IMG/VR virus record: IMGVR_UViG_3300020305_000266
Length of the DNA stretch: 64,000 nt
Direction: 5' to 3' (one strand)
Origin: an uncultured virus (IMG/VR IMGVR_UViG_3300020305_000266)
Lineage: Duplodnaviria; Heunggongvirae; Uroviricota; Caudoviricetes
Numbering within the stretch: position 1 is the stretch's first letter; every line of letters begins with the position of its first letter. Below, piece after piece: positions 56,766 to 64,000 of this stretch. Both the position numbers and the translations under genes were made by a program. The notes under the pieces are model-generated. The model saw only the letters and a program-made list of their open reading frames with translations. It did no database searches and was not told where the DNA came from.

Positions 56766-58276
56766 ACATATATTCAGTAGCTTTAAATATTCATGACCAT
56801 AATACATACGACGGAACATTTCACAACCAAGTTGAGAGACATAACAGGATTAAACATAATCTAAATTATGAATGGTCACATGACCCTAGTCCTAGTAAAA
56901 AATTTTTTAATGAACATGTATTAGACAAATTTAAAAGTAGAGACGAAAATAATATATTTGCATTCACAGTATCTAACTTAGGCCAAGAATTTGTAACAGA
57001 TTTAATTGATGAAAACTTTCCAAATAAAGACTTTTTAAAATTTAAACCCAAAAGTTTATGGGAACCATTTCATAACGAGTTTGTTTACTACATTGACCAT
57101 CATCAATCACATGCTACCTATGCCTTTCTTACTTCGGGATATCCAGAATCTGATATACTTGCTATAGATGGAAGAGGTTGGCAATTTAATTGTATTTTTA
57201 TAGGAAAAGATGGTATTATAAAAGACCTATCAAAAAAGATTCCTATTGGAGGACTATGGAATAGATTAGCTCAAGACATAGGGTTTAAGTATCTTGACGC
57301 AGGCAAAGTAATGGGATTAGCAGGATACGGAAAGTATAATTATCAGACAGATGCTATGATTGAAACTTATTTAATGAATCCTAATCATACACTACCTAGT
57401 TTTGCTACTGAAGTAATTAAAAATAATAAAAGAGAAGATATAGCTTATACATTACAGTTTAAAACTATAGAACTTATAAAAAAGTACGTGTATCCACTTA
57501 AGACTTGTGATAATATTTGTGTAGCGGGCGGAGTAGCATACAATGGTTACATGAACGAAGAACTGACAAAGCACTATAAAAATGTACACATTCCTCCAGC
57601 TATAGGAGATGAAGGTCAGGCCTTAGGCACTTATATGCATGCCGACTATTATCTAAATGATAATATACATAAGCCTAGTGTGTTTTCTGGCAAGGAACAT
57701 GTTATAGATACAAATCTGTTTACAGGAATGAGCTTTGAAAAATGGCCATTTGAAAAATTAGTAAGTATGGTAGCAGAAGAAATTGCTAACGGTAAAATAG
57801 TAGGATGGTATCAAGGAAAATCTGAAAGTGGAAATAGAGCTTTAGGTAATAGAAGCATACTAGCCGATCCACGCAATCCTAATATAAAAGATATCATAAA
57901 CAGTAAAATTAAGAAACGCGAAGACTTTAGACCATTTGCTCCTAGTGTTTTAGAAGAACATTATCAAGAATATTTTGACACCAGTCAACCTAGTCCATAC
58001 ATGTCTAGAATTATGCCAGTCAAAGTAGATACAGTACCTGGAATTACACATGTAGATGGTACTGCTAGAATACAAACAGTGAATAGATCATTCAATAAAC
58101 GATATTATGACTTAATTACTGCTTTTTATAAACATACAGGAATACCTATGCTTTTGAACACCAGTTTTAATTGCCAGGAACCTATAGTAGAAACACCAGC
58201 AGATGCTTTACGTACTTTTAAAAATTGTGGTTTAGACTTATTAGTATTAGGAGATTATTTAATATGGAAGTTATAA
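56762..58276 (+). CDS. carbamoyltransferase (NodU/CmcH family)
   Basis: HHQSHA, DGRG, GKVMGLAGYG, GGVAYN, RALGNRS, FRPFAP and LNTSFN motifs. Confidence 0.92.
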   Translation: MNIYSVALNIHDHNTYDGTFHNQVERHNRIKHNLNYEWSHDPSPSKKFFNEHVLDKFKSRDENNIFAFTVSNLGQEFVTDLIDENFPNKDFLKFKPKSLWEPFHNEFVYYIDHHQSHATYAFLTSGYPESDILAIDGRGWQFNCIFIGKDGIIKDLSKKIPIGGLWNRLAQDIGFKYLDAGKVMGLAGYGKYNYQTDAMIETYLMNPNHTLPSFATEVIKNNKREDIAYTLQFKTIELIKKYVYPLKTCDNICVAGGVAYNGYMNEELTKHYKNVHIPPAIGDEGQALGTYMHADYYLNDNIHKPSVFSGKEHVIDTNLFTGMSFEKWPFEKLVSMVAEEIANGKIVGWYQGKSESGNRALGNRSILADPRNPNIKDIINSKIKKREDFRPFAPSVLEEHYQEYFDTSQPSPYMSRIMPVKVDTVPGITHVDGTARIQTVNRSFNKRYYDLITAFYKHTGIPMLLNTSFNCQEPIVETPADALRTFKNCGLDLLVLGDYLIWKL

Positions 58277-58908
58277 ATGAAAACTATTGGAAAGTATGGT
58301 GGGAAGCTATACAACACAGTCATGAGATAAAAGATATACTTTACAGCGTTGGTCCTGATCAAATGGATTCAAAAGTTCATCTTGTTGATAGTATTCCGTT
58401 AGATGAAATGAAAAAGTTTAACGATTTAAAAATACACTTATATGGTGGTTGGTATGGATATCCTCTAATTAATCTTTTACTTAATAAATTTTTAAATATA
58501 GAACATATAACAAATATAGACTTAGACGAAAAAGCATTAGATCTATCAAGAAAATACACCCACGCTATGAGCTTAGAGAACAAAGTCTTTTTTAAACACA
58601 GAGATGTTAAAGATAAAATAGAAACATCTTACTATAAAGACAAAGATGTAAGATTAGTTATTAATACATCAAGCGAACACATGGCAGATCTGCCTGATTT
58701 AATAGCAAATAAAGATTACACTCCTAATTGTGTATTTGCTTTACAAAGTAATAATATGTTTCATGTAAAAGATCAACATATAAACTGTTCAAATAATTTA
58801 GATGAATTCGTAAGTAAAACTGGGCTTACTAAGATATGGTTTGCTGACACTTACAAAATGTCAAACGGATATGAAAGATATACTGTTATTGGCAATCATC
58901 GAACTTAG
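58264..58908 (+). CDS. methyltransferase-like protein
   Basis: GGWYG, NIDLD, INTSSEHM and LQSNN patterns. Confidence 0.55.
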   Translation: MEVINENYWKVWWEAIQHSHEIKDILYSVGPDQMDSKVHLVDSIPLDEMKKFNDLKIHLYGGWYGYPLINLLLNKFLNIEHITNIDLDEKALDLSRKYTHAMSLENKVFFKHRDVKDKIETSYYKDKDVRLVINTSSEHMADLPDLIANKDYTPNCVFALQSNNMFHVKDQHINCSNNLDEFVSKTGLTKIWFADTYKMSNGYERYTVIGNHRT

Positions 58909-59575
58909 ATTTTAACCAATCAAAATCATTTATTAACCGAAGATCAGACCCCCTAGAAAAGCCAAACTCCATACCAGCATTAGCACCTCGAATCGCATCT
59001 TCACGAAATCTTCCATTACCTGTTGTGGTCCATACTTTAAGTCTTTCATTAGTTTCTCCTTCTTGTTGTCTATCTATCACTTTACTACTTAATTTAGCAC
59101 ATTCTCTAAAAGCACTTTTCCATGTATTAAATGAATCAGTATCGAAAGCTGTTATGTTACTTACTTGATCAAATACAATGAAGTTGTCTGAAATGCTTGT
59201 TGTCATATCATAACTGTTTACATCCATATTCTTTGTTAAGTTTGTTGGAAGTAACTTGACTCCACCGTAACCATAAGTAAGATTGTTTACAGGATTCATA
59301 CTTTTGTATACATGAACAATATTTTCAATTTTTGAAGTTACAAAATAATTAAACATAAAGTCTTCTGTAATTACTGCGTCACCATCTACTACAAAAAAAT
59401 ATCTTGTATTAGCTTTTTTAGCCGCTTCTATATGAGCTTTGTGTATTCCTTTAACCCCGTCTATCCTTTTAACTCTATCTCCAAAAACTCCTGACGTATT
59501 AAATCTATTATACAAATCATTATAATTTTTATCTGCGTGAGGCTCGTTATAACTTATAAAAACTATATCATGCAT
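58886..59575 (-). CDS. GT-A glycosyltransferase-like protein
   Basis: DIVFISYNEP, VVDGD, YGYGGVK and AFREC; paralog of 60929-61828. Confidence 0.65.
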   Translation of the reverse strand: MHDIVFISYNEPHADKNYNDLYNRFNTSGVFGDRVKRIDGVKGIHKAHIEAAKKANTRYFFVVDGDAVITEDFMFNYFVTSKIENIVHVYKSMNPVNNLTYGYGGVKLLPTNLTKNMDVNSYDMTTSISDNFIVFDQVSNITAFDTDSFNTWKSAFRECAKLSSKVIDRQQEGETNERLKVWTTTGNGRFREDAIRGANAGMEFGFSRGSDLRLINDFDWLKSKFDDCQ

Positions 59576-60932
59576 TTTTTATTTCCTTGTAAAATTCTTT
59601 GTATTCTGGAAATGTTTTTACAAAATTTAGATCTCTTCTTTTGTCATATTCATTAACAAATTTGTAAAACAACTTTTGTGATTGTCTTTGCTCTTCTTTA
59701 AATTCTTTGTTTTTAAATCTATACAAAACGTCAGCTATAATTCTTTTTAGCTTGGCTGTTTCTATATCTCCAAAGCCACCAAGATTAGTATTTTCAATCA
59801 TAAAATCTACTGCTGGAATTAAATGTGTTTTAACCAATTCTTCACTTGCTACTTTTACATCTAAAAATCCAGGATTACGCACATACGGAATATCAACCTT
59901 TATTCTATGATCTTCTCGGTGTTTCCTATAATATGTAGTTTTAAGATGTAATATCCAGATTAAAAAATTTTTAAATGTTGGTAAACTTAAAATATTAAAG
60001 GCACTCATAAAGCTGATTCTACTGTTTGTATTCCTAGCAAAATATTCAATATTATCCTTAAACAAATACCAATCCATACCATAACGACTATATTCTGCTT
60101 GAGCTCCACTGCTTTCCGCACTTGTAAATAACGTAAACTGTTTAATACTTTTTTTATTTTCTAATTCATTAATACTTTTAGTAAATTTTTTCCATAAATC
60201 TTTTGGAGGACATCCATTAGAATTAATAGCAAAATCCAAATGCGGTTGTGGATTTTCAATCAAATAATTAATAACCTTTTGTGTATGCTTACTCAACAAT
60301 GGTTCACCACCTGTGATCCTAAAAACTTTCATATGTTTTACTGCTTCAGGAAACCATTTCCAAAATGCTTCTATATAAGGATTGTGTTCTCTTTCGAGTA
60401 TTTGTACTTCTTCAGGATCTATAGCATTATATTTCCATATTCCTAAATCGTAATGTCCTTCTTGTTTTACTTCTTCTGCCCATTTACTGCTAAAGGCAGG
60501 CCCACAGTAAGAACATTTAAAATTACATACATTGCTAAAACTTATTTCAACATATCTAGGATAAAAGTCTTCATGACCTGTTGAGTTAGAGATACTATCA
60601 AAATCATCCCAACTAAAGTGATCAGCACTTTTGTATATTCTATCACTAAATTTATCGGTGTTATCTTCAATTCTCCAACAGTAATCACATTCCTCAGGAC
60701 GTTCATTATTGAGCATTCTACGTCTTGTATTTTTTTTAAACTCTGTATTATGTAAAACGTTTGGATTATTTTTTAAATCATCTAAAGGAATCTTGTGAGC
60801 TTTGACATGATGACAACTATGGTTTATTCCTGACCCTAAGTGTATGGTTACCTGTGTCCATTTTGCTAAACAAAATCCACAACCTACTTCATTAAGTTTA
60901 TCTTTTACTTCAGCCGGATTAGCTCTTATCAT
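59568..60932 (-). CDS. radical SAM protein with N-terminal Cys (twitch/SPASM-like) domain
   Basis: CLAKW...SCHH...CDYCW; CNFKCSYC; TGGEPL. Confidence 0.88.
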   Translation of the reverse strand: MIRANPAEVKDKLNEVGCGFCLAKWTQVTIHLGSGINHSCHHVKAHKIPLDDLKNNPNVLHNTEFKKNTRRRMLNNERPEECDYCWRIEDNTDKFSDRIYKSADHFSWDDFDSISNSTGHEDFYPRYVEISFSNVCNFKCSYCGPAFSSKWAEEVKQEGHYDLGIWKYNAIDPEEVQILEREHNPYIEAFWKWFPEAVKHMKVFRITGGEPLLSKHTQKVINYLIENPQPHLDFAINSNGCPPKDLWKKFTKSINELENKKSIKQFTLFTSAESSGAQAEYSRYGMDWYLFKDNIEYFARNTNSRISFMSAFNILSLPTFKNFLIWILHLKTTYYRKHREDHRIKVDIPYVRNPGFLDVKVASEELVKTHLIPAVDFMIENTNLGGFGDIETAKLKRIIADVLYRFKNKEFKEEQRQSQKLFYKFVNEYDKRRDLNFVKTFPEYKEFYKEIKNA

Positions 60933-61828
60933 GATATAAATGATCTACCATAATTTTGATTGACAGTTTTAAAAAATGTGCTTTGTTCTTCGTTTAACTG
61001 TAATACAGAAATAGGTAGCTGTAGTTGATTTATCAATTCAGTTCCTAAATTCCATATTTCGTTGTGTAGAATATCACCAGGTAACTCATCTCGGTTACCC
61101 CAAATTTCTTCTAAATGGTCGAAGTCTCTTACATTTATATAATCCCAGTCTGTGAGTAATGTCATTTGTAAGCCTTCTCTTGCTCCGTATATTGCCCAAT
61201 CTCCGTTTTCAACATCACTACCAACCATAGTCCAGATGTAAAGCATGTTTAAGTTCTTTGGATGACCTTGTAAAAATTGTTCATGTGTAGGTCTTACTCC
61301 TCTATCTGTAGCTAATTTTACTCCTTCTCTAAATCCTGCTCTCCATGCTTGTTTAGGAGTAGTGTTGTTATGTGTCAAACTAAAACAGCTATTCTGTTGG
61401 ATATATCGTGCGTCCCAACAAAAATCTACCTTAGCATGGATATTATCAGGATCAGCATTTTCATGTGTTTTCATGTTTAGAACATATTCTTTAGGCCAGC
61501 ACTTTAGACCTCCGTTTCCATACATCAGTCCATTAATAACATTTTTGCCACACCAGCTTATAACACTATTAGACAAGTTTTCATTCTCTTCAAGGTCTAT
61601 TACTTGATCTAAAAATTCTTGCTTTATAGTATTATCGCCATCTACAGTTATAAATCTATCAGTTTCACTTAATTTAGCACAGGCTTTATGTGCCGCATCG
61701 GACCCTTTTATCCCATGTACACGTTTGGCCCAAGGAACCTTGGTCAATAAGTCTGCGTAATTTTTTTCAGCATTTGGTTCATCATAACTTAAAAAAATTA
61801 TATCTAGTTCTGCTATTTTAATTTTCAT
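60929..61828 (-). CDS. GT-A glycosyltransferase-like protein
   Basis: DIIFLSYDEP, TVDGD, YGNGGLK and GFREG motifs. Confidence 0.65.
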   Translation of the reverse strand: MKIKIAELDIIFLSYDEPNAEKNYADLLTKVPWAKRVHGIKGSDAAHKACAKLSETDRFITVDGDNTIKQEFLDQVIDLEENENLSNSVISWCGKNVINGLMYGNGGLKCWPKEYVLNMKTHENADPDNIHAKVDFCWDARYIQQNSCFSLTHNNTTPKQAWRAGFREGVKLATDRGVRPTHEQFLQGHPKNLNMLYIWTMVGSDVENGDWAIYGAREGLQMTLLTDWDYINVRDFDHLEEIWGNRDELPGDILHNEIWNLGTELINQLQLPISVLQLNEEQSTFFKTVNQNYGRSFIS

Positions 61829-61995
61829 AAATCACCTCTTATCACACTATCTCCAAACATTAAATATATTAACGTTTCGTATTTTTCGTCTATTTCAACC
61901 CATAATTCTCCTACGAATTCATTTGTAAAAGCTCTACAAGGAAATGCTTTTTGAATTCCGTAATATGGTCCAAGATGTTTACAAATAATTTTCAT
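61825..61995 (-). CDS. 56-aa hypothetical protein (absent from ORF track)
   Basis: MKIICKHLGPYYG...VIRGDL; fills the gap exactly and has an ATGA overlap with the next gene. Confidence 0.55.
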   Translation of the reverse strand: MKIICKHLGPYYGIQKAFPCRAFTNEFVGELWVEIDEKYETLIYLMFGDSVIRGDL

Positions 61996-62506
61996 TAGTT
62001 TCTCTGGTTACACAATCAGCGAATACATTTTTTGTATATACGCTGTAAGTTTCAATGTTATTGAAAGGAAACATTTCTTTTGATCCTATCTTAAAAGTAA
62101 AAGTATTTAACAAGTAATGTGGGTCTCCTTTTTTTGTAACATAAAAAGTTATTTCATTTAAGTTCTTTGGTGTGTCTAATGTTTTAACATAACACTTGTT
62201 CCTACTTCTATCAACAACAAATTCTATGTCATGGAATTCATCTTTGGGTTTATATAATTCATTAAGCAAAAAAGTCTGTTGTTCTTGATCAACATTTTTC
62301 TTTAATTCAAAGGATTTATTTCTTTTATTATACTGGACTGCCCAATTTATAAAATTCTCTTTAAGCGTTTGAAATGGTTTAGCTTGATCATCAGTAATTT
62401 CAATATGTTCATAATTAGAATTAATATTAGGACCTATACTAAAAATTTCTCCGCTTTCCTTATTGAAGCAAACGTATTGTTGTGTTTTCACTTTGATATC
62501 AGCCAT
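61979..62506 (-). CDS. hypothetical protein
   Basis: 175-aa ORF; FYVTKKGDPHYL. Confidence 0.65.
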   Translation of the reverse strand: MADIKVKTQQYVCFNKESGEIFSIGPNINSNYEHIEITDDQAKPFQTLKENFINWAVQYNKRNKSFELKKNVDQEQQTFLLNELYKPKDEFHDIEFVVDRSRNKCYVKTLDTPKNLNEITFYVTKKGDPHYLLNTFTFKIGSKEMFPFNNIETYSVYTKNVFADCVTRETNENYL

Positions 62507-63299
62507 ATGCTTTTTCTAACCTTTCACAAAAGCTATTTTCAGTATAATGTAATATTCCATGTTGTAAATAGTTACCTATCTTAAGTTGCTTATCATTGTT
62601 AAAATAATAGGGTATAGATTCAGTCCAATCTTGTTGTGCTACTTGCCAATCCTGTACTTGCGACTTCATATGAACAAAACTTGCGGGAGCAAATATATAA
62701 TTTTCTATATTCTCGTCTAATAAAGTAATGGCATGATTAAGATCCATACTGCTAACCTTAGGAGTTAGTTTCGGAGTATATATTTTGTAATAATCTTTAT
62801 AATTTCTACAAACATGTTCTAGTTTTAAGTAATATTTCAAAGCTACATCATTTTGTTGGAAGTAATGAAAAGCACAGTATACATTAGGAATATTATTTTC
62901 AACAAATGTTTTCCTATAATAGTTGTTTGTTACTAATTTGTTTTTATATGTTCTAACATTACTTGTAAAACATACGTCATAATTACTCAAATAATTCCAC
63001 CAATGGCTAATATCGCTTAAGAATAGCATGTCCGTATCTAGTAATACTGTTTCTTTGTAAGGTGTACTGTGAAAAGCCTTCCATCTAATATCTGTTCTAT
63101 AAAAATCAACTTTATTTCTATCCGAAATTGGAATATCTATAATTTTATCAAATACATCCGTATATTCATCTGGAACCTTATCTCCAGTTAGTAGAGAAAC
63201 ATTGTTAATTGTTTGGGTATGTTTAATACTTTTAGCACAAAGGTAAGCCTGTTTTATATATTCAGTACCTGTCGCTATAATTATATAACCTTTAGACAT
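62499..63299 (-). CDS. GT-A (GT8-like) glycosyltransferase
   Basis: YIKQAYLCAKSI, TPYKETVLLDTD (DxD) and FVHMK motifs. Confidence 0.75.
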   Translation of the reverse strand: MSKGYIIIATGTEYIKQAYLCAKSIKHTQTINNVSLLTGDKVPDEYTDVFDKIIDIPISDRNKVDFYRTDIRWKAFHSTPYKETVLLDTDMLFLSDISHWWNYLSNYDVCFTSNVRTYKNKLVTNNYYRKTFVENNIPNVYCAFHYFQQNDVALKYYLKLEHVCRNYKDYYKIYTPKLTPKVSSMDLNHAITLLDENIENYIFAPASFVHMKSQVQDWQVAQQDWTESIPYYFNNDKQLKIGNYLQHGILHYTENSFCERLEKAYG

Positions 63300-63999
63300 T
63301 CAAATGTCTTTCCAAACTAAACTTATTCATCACATGAATATTCATATCTTTGACAGTAGATAGTATGTACTCATTTGTTATATTTTGTTTTTGCGTCAAA
63401 AATGTTAAAGTGTCATCTTTAATCTTATGTAATACATCTCTATCTAATGTGTAATACATTTTTCCAGGTAGTGACTTTGTCCAGGAACCTTCTTCAAATC
63501 CATTCATAATGTGTATACCTATACTAAAAAGATGATCATTTCTAAAATTGCGACTTCCTAAATCGTACACATCACTATAGTATTTCCAATTATCGTAAAG
63601 ATGTTTTAACAGATCAAAAAATATCTTGTTTTCTTTACTCTTAGTAAAATAAAAACAAGTAGCCCAATAGAAAGGAATTCCTTTATCGTTTATATAATCA
63701 AATTCACTGTAGTTTCTCCATTGGCATAAGTCTACTCCGTGTTTGTAAATCTGAAAATCATAATCTAAGTCAAAAGCATGTTTAAAATTATCATTACAAA
63801 TTATATAATCTGTATCTAATACTAATGTTTTGTCATATGGGCTTAGATAATACGCATTATGTCTTTCGTTATTTTTAAAATGTAGGCTTTGAGAATAACC
63901 AAACCCGTCATTATATCGTTTTTGATTATCCTGTGCGTCATTTATTGTTATAATTTTATCAAAGACATCGTGATACTGTAAATCTATTTTATCAAATGT
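63292..63999 (-). CDS. GT-A (GT8-like) glycosyltransferase, 5' end beyond the window
   Basis: frame is open to the window edge; SPYDKTLVLDTD, FRND and HVMNK motifs; paralog of 62499-63299. Confidence 0.75.
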   Translation of the reverse strand, partial: TFDKIDLQYHDVFDKIITINDAQDNQKRYNDGFGYSQSLHFKNNERHNAYYLSPYDKTLVLDTDYIICNDNFKHAFDLDYDFQIYKHGVDLCQWRNYSEFDYINDKGIPFYWATCFYFTKSKENKIFFDLLKHLYDNWKYYSDVYDLGSRNFRNDHLFSIGIHIMNGFEEGSWTKSLPGKMYYTLDRDVLHKIKDDTLTFLTQKQNITNEYILSTVKDMNIHVMNKFSLERHLNV

Positions 64000-64000
64000 A

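Noticed and set aside
63292..63570. 92-aa ORF as a complete gene
   Set aside because: The frame stays open to the window edge, so this is the 3' part of a longer glycosyltransferase.
1..64000. Stop-codon reassignment, as found in some jumbo phages
   Set aside because: Genes tile densely under code 11. TAA, TAG and TGA all end complete genes, and TGA often overlaps the next ATG.
1..64000. CRISPR array, tRNA or rRNA genes
   Set aside because: No spaced direct repeats or cloverleaf motifs were seen, and intergenic gaps are mostly under 100 nt. tRNAscan-SE would confirm.

Overview
This AT-rich, gene-dense 64-kb window reads in the standard code and looks like part of a large T4-like (jumbo) tailed phage genome. 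The host cannot be determined from the sequence. Region 1-16.5 kb holds small membrane proteins, DnaJ, ClpA, an inverted AdoMet decarboxylase, and a block of probable internal head proteins. These proteins have T4 capsid-targeting-like N-termini, and several are modular polyproteins. Region 16.5-41 kb is a replication and DNA-modification arm: DsbA-like protein, family B DNA polymerase, nucleotide-sugar enzymes, sliding clamp, TGT/DpdA-like protein, QueD-like (DpdL-motif) protein, glycosyltransferase, PRTase, HIT, FolE, QueE, RNase H/flap nuclease and MoxR-VWA. Region 41-64 kb has a tail fibre followed by a mixed-strand island of tailoring enzymes (radical SAMs, six Fe/2OG-like oxygenases, adenylation enzyme, aminotransferases, carbamoyltransferase, GNAT, nitroreductase, GMP reductase, glycosyltransferases). 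Sigma70-type and T4-late-type (TAAATA) promoters are both recognisable. The best leads are: (1) a QueC-less 7-deazaguanine pathway whose transglycosylase ends in the same motif as the polymerase and sits next to a glycosyltransferase; (2) a two-state, preQ1-like mini-pseudoknot forming the whole folE 5' UTR; (3) a virion polyprotein with a buried, complete Tat signal right after a protease-like site; (4) apparent avoidance of GCWGC across the window; (5) an unannotated metallothionein-like peptide. No tRNA, rRNA or CRISPR array was seen. All calls come from reading motifs by eye; no searches were run.
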